A stretch of 64,000 nt of DNA from an uncultured virus (IMG/VR IMGVR_UViG_3300047320_000346) (IMGVR_UViG_3300047320_000346), one strand, 5' to 3'. Shown: positions 17,762-28,044, counted from the first letter of the stretch. A program made the numbers and translations. The notes: generated by a model not told the origin, from the letters alone.

Positions 17762-18940
17762 TTATGCGCTCGGCTGAATTAGCCGGGTGCGCGTCAGCAC
17801 AAAGAATGGCTCGATGACGCCGGTATCGAGCTCGATGCCAGCCTTCTTTGCCATTTCCGGGAAGTCCTGAAAGTCACCGAAGTGATACAGGGAGTACGTG
17901 CCTGGTTCGACGGTGATTCGATACGTATGCCGGGCAACCACAGGCTCAGCAAGGTAGGCATCGACCACCACTTTTGCCGTGTCGGGAAGCGTGCGGCCAA
18001 CCATCTCGACGAGCGTTTCATACTCGACGAACGTGGCTGCCCACAGGTCCGTGCACACGCTGCCTACCTTCGTAAAACGCGCAGGAATATCGCCGTCATC
18101 TTCATAGTGGTGACCGATGATGAGCTGGTTACCTTCCTGAAACACATCTGGGCTCGTGTTACCGACATACACGCTGACCACGCCAAACTGCTCGGCGAGG
18201 TAGCGTGCGCTCTCCTCGATGCCCTGGCGTGACTCCAGCGAGATGCGCTTCTCCTTCGTAGCGTCAGTGAATTCCTTAATCCTAAACCAGTCCGAGCACA
18301 GAAGATTGCCCGTCTTGAGTTCCACAACGGTTTCCTGCACTGTCGCCGGCGCCGCGGGGGAAATCGCGACAAAGCCGCCTTTCTCCGCGTCGAAATAGCA
18401 GCCTTGCGGTGCCCAGTCCGTAAAGCCCAAGCAAAGCGCCATGCCTGTGTTCTGGCAGGTTTCGTGCGAAAACTCGTAGGGAGCATAGGTTCCCTGGCTG
18501 AACGTGCCGATGACGTCGACGAATGCGATACTTTTGTCGAACGCAGCCGCAGCAGCCTGACCTTCTTTCCTGAGTGTGCGCTCATACGGCCAGGTGATGC
18601 GGTGAGTTATATGGCCCGCGAACTTGTCTGCCAGCTTAGCCAGCTTCTCGTCCGCATCAGCCTGTTCGGCTGTAGCGAGGTCGAGCTGGGCCACGTTATT
18701 CCAGGCGCGATAGAAGCGCGTGGCGTACCCGTCACTGTTGGGAATGACGACCAGCCGGCCCTCGGCCTTCAGCGCCTTGAAAAACGACACCAGTGCCGGT
18801 ACCACGATAAGCTTGATGCTCTTGAAATGCTGTGTGCGCCAGGCTTCAGTGATGCTGTCATCGGGTCTGGCGTTATCGAAGAACGGTTGCAGGTCGGACA
18901 GCGAAAGGTATTGATTCATATCGGGCACGTTAGTCTCCAT
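17762..18940 (-). CDS. hypothetical protein
   Basis: 392 aa ORF bounded by terminator hairpins. Confidence 0.75.
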   Translation of the reverse strand: METNVPDMNQYLSLSDLQPFFDNARPDDSITEAWRTQHFKSIKLIVVPALVSFFKALKAEGRLVVIPNSDGYATRFYRAWNNVAQLDLATAEQADADEKLAKLADKFAGHITHRITWPYERTLRKEGQAAAAAFDKSIAFVDVIGTFSQGTYAPYEFSHETCQNTGMALCLGFTDWAPQGCYFDAEKGGFVAISPAAPATVQETVVELKTGNLLCSDWFRIKEFTDATKEKRISLESRQGIEESARYLAEQFGVVSVYVGNTSPDVFQEGNQLIIGHHYEDDGDIPARFTKVGSVCTDLWAATFVEYETLVEMVGRTLPDTAKVVVDAYLAEPVVARHTYRITVEPGTYSLYHFGDFQDFPEMAKKAGIELDTGVIEPFFVLTRTRLIQPSA

Positions 18941-19031
18941 GAAAAGGTTTGGCCTACCCTCGTATAGAGCTCAGCGCATGAAAAAGCCCCGGCAGGACGC
19001 GCGGGGCTTGAGAGAATCGTGCAGCGAAGGG

Positions 19032-19340
19032 TTACAGTGACTCGAGCGGCACTTGCAGCTTTTCGGCAAGGGTCTGCTTGAACAGCCCCAGAATCAGTTT
19101 CGCCACGAGCGGCCGGCCGTAGTCGGTCAACTCGAGGTCTTCCGAATCGCCGCCGTGGATGTTCTTGATGGCCACAACCTGACCGGTAGCATCCTTGTAG
19201 CGGATGATGCCGAAGTCGCCTTCCTCACCATCGACATAGACGAAGTCAGTGTGGTCCGCCTCGAGCTGGAGGTCGTGTCTTTCCAGCAACAGGCCGAAAC
19301 CGAAGAGCAGGTCCTGCTCGAACAATTGACGCAAATCCAT
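19032..19340 (-). CDS. hypothetical protein
   Basis: GAGGAGAG RBS. Confidence 0.7.
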   Translation of the reverse strand: MDLRQLFEQDLLFGFGLLLERHDLQLEADHTDFVYVDGEEGDFGIIRYKDATGQVVAIKNIHGGDSEDLELTDYGRPLVAKLILGLFKQTLAEKLQVPLESL

Positions 19341-19361
19341 GGCAGTTCTCTCCTCGTGTCT

Positions 19362-19694
19362 TCAGCGTTTGGTTGCTTTGTCGATGGCGGCGCGCGCCAG
19401 TGCTACTGCTGCGACTGCTGCTACATCACCGGTCCTGGCCGCCAGCTCGAGAGCTGGCAATGCCGTGCGAAGTGCAGTCAGCATGTCGGGAGAAGCGGCC
19501 ATCAGATGGGCGTTTGCTACGGCCTCCGTCTGGCTCATCGACGCATCCCAGGTGTAGGGATAGAAACCGCCGGGTCGAACGACGGTCTTGTCGTCCTCGT
19601 TGGCTGCTTCAATGGACAGGGGCCAGCCCGTCCATTCCTTGCCGTCGTCACAGATGAATACTTCCCAGGGTCCATCGGTGTGGCGGTCTTTCAT
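19362..19694 (-). CDS. phage-type hypothetical protein
   Basis: HTDGPW..ANAHLMAASPDML motif common in phage accessory genes. Confidence 0.7.
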   Translation of the reverse strand: MKDRHTDGPWEVFICDDGKEWTGWPLSIEAANEDDKTVVRPGGFYPYTWDASMSQTEAVANAHLMAASPDMLTALRTALPALELAARTGDVAAVAAVALARAAIDKATKR

Positions 19695-19749
19695 GTTTTT
19701 TTCCTCTCCAGTAGGTTTCGAATCAAAAGTGCCTACTGGGTATAGAGCT

Positions 19750-20292
19750 CTATGTGCTCCGCGGAACGCTCGCCAGCAGGAATGGCGTGGGGTCGAGAAG
19801 CCCGTCCGGATGACGGTCATCGAGCCACTCGATGTCGGTGGTGTTGCCGGGTTCGCGCAGCTCGATATGCAGCATCGCGCGCGGCCGACCCTTGTCCTTG
19901 CGAAGCACGGGTATCACATGGCCAAGCGGCATGCCAGCGTCGACATGCGCGCCTGCTTCGCACCAGGGCTTAATTTCGCCGTACACCACAACACCGGACG
20001 GACCCTCAACGAAGACAGCCCATGTGTCGAGCCAATGCTCAAGTGTCGGCCCGGCGTGCGGGCCAGTGAACGGCTTGACCGCGACGACGGTACCCGTCTC
20101 CACCGCGAACACGACTGTGCCTTCCGCCGCGTAGAGGTCAACGCCCTCATGCGTGTGGTGTTTGCGCTTCACCCCGAACGCGCCAGGGTGCGGCGCGAGC
20201 GGCAAGCCTGTCTCACCTTCTTGCATCGCGGCAAATGACTCGCTATCCGAGGTCGGAACGAGTGCAAGCGGAACGGGTGAGAGCCAGGCCAT
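19750..20292 (-). CDS. M23 family metallopeptidase
   Basis: HEGVDL (HxxxD), MLHIEL, LLDPTPFL. Confidence 0.8.
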   Translation of the reverse strand: MAWLSPVPLALVPTSDSESFAAMQEGETGLPLAPHPGAFGVKRKHHTHEGVDLYAAEGTVVFAVETGTVVAVKPFTGPHAGPTLEHWLDTWAVFVEGPSGVVVYGEIKPWCEAGAHVDAGMPLGHVIPVLRKDKGRPRAMLHIELREPGNTTDIEWLDDRHPDGLLDPTPFLLASVPRST

Positions 20293-20306
20293 AGGGGTTC
20301 CCGAAC

Positions 20307-20825
20307 TTAGCTGAAATCAGTGCAGGCAAAGGCGGCGAAAATCGTCACCACGATAGCGACATGCACGAAATTGGCGAATGCCACGACCACAAAGCTGGCG
20401 ATACCATTGAGCCATGCGGGCGTGCCGCCTGCTGCGCCAAACGCAGCGTACAACGCTTCCATGGCAGGCGTGCAGGTGAACAGATATTCGAGCGCGACGA
20501 CGAGGAGAACAACACCAAGAATAGCCGCGCTTCCACGCCGCGCAGTCTTGAAAACCACGTTTTCGTTCAGGCACAGCGCTAGGACATAGCTGGCACCGAC
20601 AAAGCCGAGGCCGCCGGTCACGAGCCAGCTCGTAAGCGGTGAAGCCGTCGCCCAGGCTCTGTTTGCGGCATCGAACGCGATAATCGCATCGCACAAACGG
20701 CCTACGCCCACACCAACAGTGAAAGGCGCCGTGACTAACAGCACGAGCGAGAGTGTGACGAAGAGGTATGCGCGCAGCGGCGTGACGACGGGCTTTGCGG
20801 GAAGTTTTGCAGCGGTTGCAGTCAT
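20307..20825 (-). CDS. membrane protein
   Basis: About 4 hydrophobic segments; AGGA RBS. Confidence 0.65.
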   Translation of the reverse strand: MTATAAKLPAKPVVTPLRAYLFVTLSLVLLVTAPFTVGVGVGRLCDAIIAFDAANRAWATASPLTSWLVTGGLGFVGASYVLALCLNENVVFKTARRGSAAILGVVLLVVALEYLFTCTPAMEALYAAFGAAGGTPAWLNGIASFVVVAFANFVHVAIVVTIFAAFACTDFS

Positions 20826-20845
20826 GGTCTGTCCTGATTAGCCGG

Positions 20846-21073
20846 CTATCGGATGGTGCCGCGTGTCGTGACGCGCACCTTGCCCTTGCACTGGCTGTTC
20901 TTGCCGTCGATGCGGCGCACTACACCGCAGTTCAGGCAGACGTGCTTGTCGTGCAGAACGCTCTCCGGCCGGAAACCGACCGCTTTGCCGGTCACGAACT
21001 CGTGCCCGTTTTCGAGGATTCGTTGCTCGCTAGTGTCAACCATCCCGGCCACTTGAAGTTGAGAAGTGCGCAC
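20846..21073 (-). CDS. small Cys-containing protein
   Basis: CLNCG..CKG; start uncertain (21043 possible). Confidence 0.5.
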   Translation of the reverse strand: MRTSQLQVAGMVDTSEQRILENGHEFVTGKAVGFRPESVLHDKHVCLNCGVVRRIDGKNSQCKGKVRVTTRGTIR

Positions 21074-21172
21074 AGTATACCATAGATTAGCGCGTGAAGT
21101 GACTCACGCGAACCGGATGTGTCGGCCGCCCAAAAAGAAAAGGCCGGCAAGGGGTGCTTGCCAGCCTTTTCA

Positions 21173-21742
21173 TCAGTCATGGTACTGGGTACGGCGGTGA
21201 CGCTTCCAGCCTCGGTCGCTGCGCGCCGAGACTCGGTAATCGTCCCAGGCGTTGGGCAGGTGCTTGAGGCTGCGCTTGCCACGCGGCGCCACTTCACCGT
21301 CTTCCTTCAGCACCATGGCAGCTTGACGACGCTCCATCATGGTTTCTGGGCGGCGGTAGTAGTGGCCACCGTGCCTACGACCGATGCACGGGACCGGACC
21401 TACGCCGTTCCAGTTTTCGAGCGCGCGGCCCCAGCGATACCAGCCGCGCCAGCGACGACGCTCTGCCAACGGGTAGAAGTCCGCGGCGGTCACCAAGCCG
21501 CCGGCGGCATTGCGCAAGATGAAATTGCGCTCGACGTATTGCGGCTCGCTAACCCAGATGCGACGGTCGGTGTCGAAGTGGCGTGCAGAGTGGTCGAACA
21601 CTCGGAAGTTTGCGCCAACGTTGGCGGCAATCCAGCGAATGCCGAGCGCCTTGAGGGCCTCCTTCATCGTCCGGTACACCTGGACTTCGCCGCCACGGGA
21701 AAACAGGGTGACGGACGTTTGATACTCGGGGATTTGATGCAA
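21173..21742 (-). CDS. hypothetical basic protein
   Basis: AGGAGG RBS; LPNAWDD..WKRHRRTQY C-terminus. Confidence 0.7.
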   Translation of the reverse strand: MHQIPEYQTSVTLFSRGGEVQVYRTMKEALKALGIRWIAANVGANFRVFDHSARHFDTDRRIWVSEPQYVERNFILRNAAGGLVTAADFYPLAERRRWRGWYRWGRALENWNGVGPVPCIGRRHGGHYYRRPETMMERRQAAMVLKEDGEVAPRGKRSLKHLPNAWDDYRVSARSDRGWKRHRRTQYHD

Positions 21743-21846
21743 TTGAGCCTCCTAATGAATGGTCACTAGGGAAAGCCCTCCTGCATGGCTGAAGTTTTAC
21801 GTTTCATGAGCATAGTATAGCATTAATTATGCATTCGTATCAATAA

Positions 21847-22590
21847 TCAGATTTCACCGACTTTGGCCAGATGTGGTCGTGTGTCGAATTCAATGACTTC
21901 GCGGATTGACGCGATGGTCTTCGGCCCGATGCCAGGCACCTTTTTCAGTTCTTCCGGCGTGGCGTTGACCACCGCGCCGGCCGAGCCAAAGTGCGCGAGC
22001 AGCTTCTTGGCGGCGCCTGGCCCGATACCGGGCAGCGACTCCACGAGCAGTTGGGCCTGCGGGAAGCGGTCCTTCGGCTTGGCGCCCTGGAGCGCAATCT
22101 CGTACCCGAGCCCGTCGACCGCGTGTTTCTGCATGAGCTGCAGCGCGTCAGCGGTCTCCTCGACGGTCTCCGTCCGAATTACCGACACCGATTCACAAAT
22201 GATGAGCCACGACAGTGCGCCGGTGATGGCCGCCGGCGCGATGGCCGACCGGGTCTTGTACGGGTTCCCCTCAACAACCACAACGACCTTGGCGAAGGTC
22301 CGTTTGCAGATTTCTATCTGGCTGAAGATTCGTTTGTCGAGAATCGAGGCAACGAAATCAACGGCGGTCTTGCGTTCGACGGCAAGGCCATCCGCAAGGA
22401 TGTAGTCGGCGCACTCGAGCTCTTCGCTCTGTACCGTGATACCGCGCGAGCGCAGCAGCTCGCTCAGGCCGCTGCGACTTTCCCGTGAATCGACAATGAT
22501 TTTCTTTTCCACGCGACAACTCCGAAGGACTGAACCTTCGGGATTGTAGCCAGGCGCCCTTTCCAAGACCAGCGGCTTACGCTCAGGCAC
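21847..22590 (-). CDS. ERCC4 (XPF/Mus81-like) nuclease with tandem HhH
   Basis: IIVDSRE, ADYIL..VERKT, LPGIGP..VPGIGP. Confidence 0.88.
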   Translation of the reverse strand: MPERKPLVLERAPGYNPEGSVLRSCRVEKKIIVDSRESRSGLSELLRSRGITVQSEELECADYILADGLAVERKTAVDFVASILDKRIFSQIEICKRTFAKVVVVVEGNPYKTRSAIAPAAITGALSWLIICESVSVIRTETVEETADALQLMQKHAVDGLGYEIALQGAKPKDRFPQAQLLVESLPGIGPGAAKKLLAHFGSAGAVVNATPEELKKVPGIGPKTIASIREVIEFDTRPHLAKVGEI

Positions 22591-23524
22591 TCATGAATCC
22601 GATGCTGCGCGCCTGCTTGACGTGCGAAGACTTGACGTCGTCCGTCTTGAGCAGAGTGCGCTTGGCTCGCACCGCGCTGCCCATCGCATCGAGCAGCTTC
22701 TTTCGCATGTCGCGCGGCGCAATCTCGGTCACCAGTTCGTACAAGCCCGTCGGCAGCTCGGGTTCGAATGCCCAGTCATGCTCCGCGCGCAGCCCGTCGT
22801 AGATGCGCTGTGCGATGAAGAAAGCCTCATCTTCGGTTGGCGCCGGCACTTCATAGACGGCCAAGCGGGAGAGAATGTAGTCGGGAATGAGCGAGGCGTC
22901 GTTCGCGGTCGCCACCCAGAAGATGGCCGACGCGTCCATTTCGACGTCCAGGTATTCATCCTTGAAGTGCCTGGCGGTGTCCCGCTCGAGCAGCTGGAGC
23001 AGTGCACCGAACGGGTCGAACCGGTTGTCGCCGCCCGTCTTGTCAAGCTCGTCGAGCAGGTACAGCGGGTTGGCAAAGTCGCTTTCGATGAGCGAAGCCG
23101 CAATCTTGCCGTGCCGCGCCCCGCTCCACGTCGGTGCCGAACCACCCAGCACCCAGCCCGCGCTCATCGTGCCCATGGAGAGGAACTGGTACGACATGCC
23201 GAGCTTCTTTGCCAGTTGCTTGGCGAAGTGGGTCTTGCCCACGCCCGGCGCGCCTGTCAGCAGCACGGGCTGCATCGCCGTGCCGCGCTTGTTCACGACC
23301 GCCAGTTCGATATGGTTGGACAGGTCTTCGAGCACGCCGCGGAAGTTCGGGCATTCCTCGATAACCTGCACGAGCGGCTCGGCGCTGGCGGGCTTGCTGA
23401 CCCAGCGCGACGGCCCGGACTCGAGCATCTTTTTGTACACGCGCCGCAGGCCTTCGCTGTTGCTCGACTGGCCTTCCAGCTCGAGCATTGCCTTCTCGAC
23501 TTCTGCGACATTGAACAGGGTCAT
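22583..23524 (-). CDS. Lon-like AAA+ ATPase without protease domain
   Basis: GAPGVGKT, LLDELDK, LLQLLE..FKDEYL, ATAN. Confidence 0.85.
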   Translation of the reverse strand: MTLFNVAEVEKAMLELEGQSSNSEGLRRVYKKMLESGPSRWVSKPASAEPLVQVIEECPNFRGVLEDLSNHIELAVVNKRGTAMQPVLLTGAPGVGKTHFAKQLAKKLGMSYQFLSMGTMSAGWVLGGSAPTWSGARHGKIAASLIESDFANPLYLLDELDKTGGDNRFDPFGALLQLLERDTARHFKDEYLDVEMDASAIFWVATANDASLIPDYILSRLAVYEVPAPTEDEAFFIAQRIYDGLRAEHDWAFEPELPTGLYELVTEIAPRDMRKKLLDAMGSAVRAKRTLLKTDDVKSSHVKQARSIGFMSA

Positions 23525-23687
23525 GGACGACCCAAGGGACAGTGAACCCATCGTACGTATCCTCACGCCAGAAAACACGAACGCAGCACGGTTGCTGCGA
23601 GGATTAGTATAGCGTGAAATTATGATTAGTCTACTTCGGGATAGAGCATGTTTGCGTAAAAAAGCCGGTCAGGAGGACCGGCTTGAG

Positions 23688-23981
23688 TTATGCGCGTGAC
23701 CAGCAAGGATGCCAGCAGTCCACGGGTTTTTTGCCGAAGTATTCCCCATGGCTGTGCCAGAGCTCCTCGTTGTCGTCAGACTTCACAACACAGAACGGAG
23801 AACCGCTGAGGTGCCGCGCCTTGACCTGATTGCCCTCCTTGAAGTTGCTGGTGCCGTCTTCGCGTGAGTTTGCTGCCGGGCTGGTGGGGTACGTGTCGAT
23901 GGTCTTGACCGGCCGGTAGAGCTTCCCGTCCGTGCGCACATAGAGTCCGTGCGAATCGAGCTTGATTTTCGTGCTGGGCAT
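23688..23981 (-). CDS. hypothetical protein
   Basis: GAGGA RBS; downstream terminator hairpin. Confidence 0.65.
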   Translation of the reverse strand: MPSTKIKLDSHGLYVRTDGKLYRPVKTIDTYPTSPAANSREDGTSNFKEGNQVKARHLSGSPFCVVKSDDNEELWHSHGEYFGKKPVDCWHPCWSRA

Positions 23982-24092
23982 CAGTGTCCTCTTCCGGTTG
24001 AAGTGCCTGACTGGTATAGGTGCCGGCCATGCATTTCGCCGTTGCGTGCCAATGCTGATGAAAAGTCGGACAAGCCAGCGTATCAGCGCGAA

Positions 24093-24827
24093 TTAACGCT
24101 GCAGCGGGGTCGCTGACAGTTCCGTAGCGGCGGGCGCTTGACCGGTGATGTGCGCGAGTGAGAGGTGCTCCCGAATGACTGGTGCCCACTGGTCCCAGCT
24201 GAAGAACGCGCTCGGATGCCGGATGAAAAGGAGTCTGAGTTTCGCGTTGCCGGTTTCGAGTGTGCCGATGCGTGGGAAGCACCGGTTGATTTCTGGGCGC
24301 AACTTTCGAATGCGGCAATCCATCCCTCGCGCTGTCGCCGCTTTCTTGAGCGCGTCGGCCGACCCTACGCCGTAGACCAGCAGCTGCTCCACCTCGAGCA
24401 ATTCGCACAGGTCGAGCGCTTCAACCCAGCCCTTGGCGAATTGTTTCTTGCCCGGCCGATGCTTGCCTGTCTTGAGCACTTCAAGTACGAGATTGTGATA
24501 GACCACCGATGTCCAGAGTCCATGCCTGAGCGTGTCCTCGGGCGTGGTTGAGCCATGTACGGCACGCTCTATGTTTCGCACGTAGGGCGAGTCCAGACGG
24601 AAGTTCATGGCGTGATTGGTATGCGTGCGACGCAGCGCATCGCGGCGCTCGTACCGTTCCTTGAACGCCTTCCGCTGCAACTCGCTCTCACTCCAGTCGT
24701 AGACACTCTCGCCGACCACGAGAGTCCGCACGTCCGACGTTCTGTAGCCGGAGCCGACCCAGGGCAACCAGGGCAGCGTGGGCCGGGCTTCGAGCTGCGC
24801 GTCAAACGAGAGGTCCAGGAAGCTCAT
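24093..24827 (-). CDS. uracil-DNA glycosylase superfamily protein
   Basis: PWVGSGY, LVVGES, IRHPS. Confidence 0.6.
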   Translation of the reverse strand: MSFLDLSFDAQLEARPTLPWLPWVGSGYRTSDVRTLVVGESVYDWSESELQRKAFKERYERRDALRRTHTNHAMNFRLDSPYVRNIERAVHGSTTPEDTLRHGLWTSVVYHNLVLEVLKTGKHRPGKKQFAKGWVEALDLCELLEVEQLLVYGVGSADALKKAATARGMDCRIRKLRPEINRCFPRIGTLETGNAKLRLLFIRHPSAFFSWDQWAPVIREHLSLAHITGQAPAATELSATPLQR

Positions 24828-25252
24828 GGATTCGAAAGGTCCAGGTCCGTGGTGTGCAGGCGCCGGTAGACGAACCGGTTGTAAAGACGCCAGTTTTCCC
24901 AGGTCACGCGCACCTGCTCCTTGAAGCACGGCACGCCATACTTTTCGGCCAGGTAGATGGCGACCGCCGCTGAGCGGCTCTGGCCGAGCGAGCAATGCAC
25001 GACCAGCTCCGTGCAGTCTGCGTGGCGCGCGACGAACTCAAGAATCTCGCGCGCCTGGGTTTCGCTGAACACCTCGAGTCCCAGCTGTTCGCCGTCTGTG
25101 TCATGAAAGCGCTGCACGAGCGTCGCTACCCAGCCATCCTGAGGGACCAGGGGCGGCTCGCTGACATCGTGAATAGAGATGAGCACCGAGCCCGGCGCAG
25201 GCCGGTAGGCGGCGGCGACCACCCGCGGCAGAAATCGAAAGTGTTGCATCAA
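24824..25252 (-). CDS. tyrosine/dual-specificity phosphatase-like protein
   Basis: VVHCSLGQSRSAA (CX5R motif). Confidence 0.85.
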   Translation of the reverse strand: MMQHFRFLPRVVAAAYRPAPGSVLISIHDVSEPPLVPQDGWVATLVQRFHDTDGEQLGLEVFSETQAREILEFVARHADCTELVVHCSLGQSRSAAVAIYLAEKYGVPCFKEQVRVTWENWRLYNRFVYRRLHTTDLDLSNP

Positions 25253-25270
25253 CCGACCTCGGGGTTTGAA

Positions 25271-25603
25271 TCAGATAAGCCGGATGGCCAGCCAGAGCCG
25301 GTCACCGGTCACATAGGACGAATCCGAGGACACCTCGGCAGCATACCCTTCGTCGCGCAAGTCGCCGACCACGCGATAGGCACTCAATACTGCCTCGTGC
25401 GGTACCGTTTTTTCTGCAATCAGAAGCGAGGTTTCCTTGCGGAACGACTCCCCCTGCTCGAGCTTGACCAGCTCCTGGGTCAGGTGGGCCCGGACCTTTT
25501 CGACGAGTTCAAGGTAGTACGCTACATAGTCGACACCCTTGGCCTGGGCGTAGGTTTGGACAAAGAGCCGTCTGACCGGAAATATTGGGGAACCCGGGGT
25601 CAT
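25271..25603 (-). CDS. hypothetical protein
   Basis: Overlapping ATGA with the upstream gene. Confidence 0.6.
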   Translation of the reverse strand: MTPGSPIFPVRRLFVQTYAQAKGVDYVAYYLELVEKVRAHLTQELVKLEQGESFRKETSLLIAEKTVPHEAVLSAYRVVGDLRDEGYAAEVSSDSSYVTGDRLWLAIRLI

Positions 25604-26040
25604 GTCGCGGAGGTCGCTATAACGGCAGCCACTTCGCCGGCGACAGCACTCGATGCGTGTTTCCAGCCTTCATCACTTCCCACCCACACGTCACCCGTTT
25701 CGAGGTCGACAGCCGCCCACTTTTGCGGACAGTGCGTCGAAAGCGTCAACTGTTGCACGTCCTTGTGTTCCGGGACCACCCGGCCACACTTGAGCGTGCG
25801 CTCAGTCGGCACAACCAGGCTCCAGTGAACGTGACCTGCCTTGATTATCCGGCGGTCGCGCTGCAGAGATTGCATAGCCTTGTCGGCGACCACCCGCGCG
25901 TTACCCATCACCCGCGGCCGGATGTGCGGATAGAGTGCGTCCGCGACGTCCTGCCGGCGAAAGGGCTTGCTGCCTTGTGCCTCGATGAACCGGTCGATAA
26001 CGCGCTGGTGCGCGGCGCTGATTTGCGTGGAGTCCGCCAT
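25600..26040 (-). CDS. hypothetical protein
   Basis: 146 aa; STHCPQKWAAVDLETG motif. Confidence 0.65.
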   Translation of the reverse strand: MADSTQISAAHQRVIDRFIEAQGSKPFRRQDVADALYPHIRPRVMGNARVVADKAMQSLQRDRRIIKAGHVHWSLVVPTERTLKCGRVVPEHKDVQQLTLSTHCPQKWAAVDLETGDVWVGSDEGWKHASSAVAGEVAAVIATSAT

Positions 26041-26072
26041 GAACTACCCTTTCTTTTGTCAGTTCCGCGGGC

Positions 26073-27083
26073 TTAAACGCTCTTCAGCAAGTCCGGATTG
26101 TCCTTGAGAACCTTGAGCAGCTGCGGACTCAGCTGCTTGAGGGCGTCGACAGCAGAAGCCTTGGCGGACTCCTCGGCCCGCTTGCGCAGCGCCCGCTTTT
26201 CCGTCTCGATAGCCTTGTTGCGCGCAACAAGCCCTGCCACCAGCTCGTCAATGACGCGCTGCGCCGCGGCTTCAGGCGAAACGCCTGCCGCTACGACAAC
26301 CGGCTCAGCGGCCTTCTTAAGCAGGCCCTCGAGTGTGCTCTGGGTGCTCACCGGAGCAACGCCGACCAGTGCTGCGATGTCCGACTGCGCCAGAAGTGCA
26401 TTGACAGAAAGCGTCACGTGGGTTGTGTAGAAGCCGTCAGCCTTGACAGCCGGTGCGGCCGTTGTCTTGGAGCGGGTTCGGCGCGCGGCCACAGCGTTTT
26501 CTTCGAAATACGTCGGGCACAGCTGCGCCAGCTTCATGGCCAGAAGCTCACGGCCCTGTTCACTGCTATGCGTGCGCGTGAGACCCATGCTCTGCTGCGT
26601 GGCCATCGGGGCGGTAAGCCCGACATGCATCAGGACGCCCAGCCAGTTGGTATTCTTAACCACGCTCGTGAACTCACGGATGATTTTCGAGCGCCGGGCC
26701 TGGTCGAGCTTCAGCTTCTGGCTCGTTTCATAGGAGACCGCCTCCACGGGAGCGAGCACCTGATGAACGTCGGAAATCCGGTCCTTGCGTGCGGCGTTGA
26801 AGGCGATGGTAGGTGCGAGCCCACTGTTCTTAATTAACCCCTGCACGTTGAGCCGTTCAAGCATTGAGTCTCGAAGCACCTTGTCAAACTCGACGATGGC
26901 GCCGGGCGCGTGCGCACCCTGCTCCGACTCGGGAGCCAGGATGCACAGCACAACCTGCTCATCGAGCGCGGCACGTAGCTTGGAGTGGCGCTTAGCGAAC
27001 GTTTTGTTGGCAGCGGCAAGCGGCGCCATCAGCTTGAGCATCTGGCCGACCCGGACCGCCGTATCGAGTGTTTGCTTATTCAT
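26073..27083 (-). CDS. hypothetical helical protein
   Basis: AAGGA RBS; 336 aa. Confidence 0.7.
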   Translation of the reverse strand: MNKQTLDTAVRVGQMLKLMAPLAAANKTFAKRHSKLRAALDEQVVLCILAPESEQGAHAPGAIVEFDKVLRDSMLERLNVQGLIKNSGLAPTIAFNAARKDRISDVHQVLAPVEAVSYETSQKLKLDQARRSKIIREFTSVVKNTNWLGVLMHVGLTAPMATQQSMGLTRTHSSEQGRELLAMKLAQLCPTYFEENAVAARRTRSKTTAAPAVKADGFYTTHVTLSVNALLAQSDIAALVGVAPVSTQSTLEGLLKKAAEPVVVAAGVSPEAAAQRVIDELVAGLVARNKAIETEKRALRKRAEESAKASAVDALKQLSPQLLKVLKDNPDLLKSV

Positions 27084-27119
27084 TTTTGTCCTTTCGATGC
27101 ATCCGCGGTCGCCGACCGC

Positions 27120-27347
27120 TTATCGCGCCGCCAGCACCTTGTTGGCGCTATAGCAGCGTTGTCCGTACGTTGTGACCGCGTATCGCCGGTCTTCCTTGCG
27201 CTCCAGCATCCCCGCCACCGTCATGCGCTCCGCGAGCCGATACTCGCTGGCGAGAAACCGGTATCGCGGCGTCTGGCGAATGGTCGCAAGGATTGCCCAA
27301 TAGCTCGGTGGGAGGGGCCGGTCACGGGGTTCGATTTCCTTGCTCAC
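27120..27347 (-). CDS. small hypothetical protein (possible wHTH)
   Basis: GGAG RBS; YAVTTYG wing-like C-terminus. Confidence 0.5.
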   Translation of the reverse strand: MSKEIEPRDRPLPPSYWAILATIRQTPRYRFLASEYRLAERMTVAGMLERKEDRRYAVTTYGQRCYSANKVLAAR

Positions 27348-27372
27348 CGTTCGCTCCAGGGTGTTGTCAGGC

Positions 27373-28044
27373 TCAGGCGAGCTGCTTGTCGAAATAGTCC
27401 AGGTCGCGCACGAGCCGGTATCCCTGCGCCGGCCGGCCGGAGCTATGCAGCATCACGGTCGGCTCCAGCACGTCGTGCTTCAGAATCTTCTGCCGGAAGT
27501 TTGCCGGATGGATGATGGTATCGAGAACGGCTTCATAGGTCGACTGCAACTCCGCCAAGGTGAACGACTCCGGCAGAAAATGGCCCACGATGGTCGAGTA
27601 CCCGGCCTTCGAACGCAGCCGCTCGACAGCCTTGCGAACGAGCTCCTTGTGGTCGAACGCCATGTCCTTCGGCAGATGCTCGCCGTTTTCTTCTGCATCG
27701 AAGAGTTGCAGGCCACGGCGGGCTACCAGGTCAGCAAGCGTCTCCCGGTCATGCAATGCCAGATGAACGATGCTAGCCGACCAGCCGCGCGGGTCGCGCG
27801 TCGCATTGGCTTCCGTGAAAACCTGCTCTAGATGCCGGGGCACGAAGTCGAGCTTTGCGGCCAACGTGCGCAGCGCTGCTGCGAGACTGTCAGCATCCTC
27901 ATTGACGTGGATGTAGCCGCCTGTCACCGCCCACTGGCCCTTGAACGGCTCTTTCTCGCGCGGCGCAAGCGCGACGTGCAAACGCCCGTCCATCAGGGTG
28001 AGCAGGACAATGTCGACAGTCAGGTCTGGCCGTGCGTAAGTCAT
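27373..28044 (-). CDS. nrtR: NrtR family regulator (Nudix + wHTH)
   Basis: TVDIVLLT, WAVTGG, RDPRGW, AFDH, FTLAELQ, NFRQKI, GRPA; lies next to NAD salvage genes. Confidence 0.88.
   Translation of the reverse strand: MTYARPDLTVDIVLLTLMDGRLHVALAPREKEPFKGQWAVTGGYIHVNEDADSLAAALRTLAAKLDFVPRHLEQVFTEANATRDPRGWSASIVHLALHDRETLADLVARRGLQLFDAEENGEHLPKDMAFDHKELVRKAVERLRSKAGYSTIVGHFLPESFTLAELQSTYEAVLDTIIHPANFRQKILKHDVLEPTVMLHSSGRPAQGYRLVRDLDYFDKQLA

Noticed and set aside
22583..23524. Lon protease or BREX BrxL
   Set aside because: No Ser-Lys protease domain and no brx/pgl genes nearby
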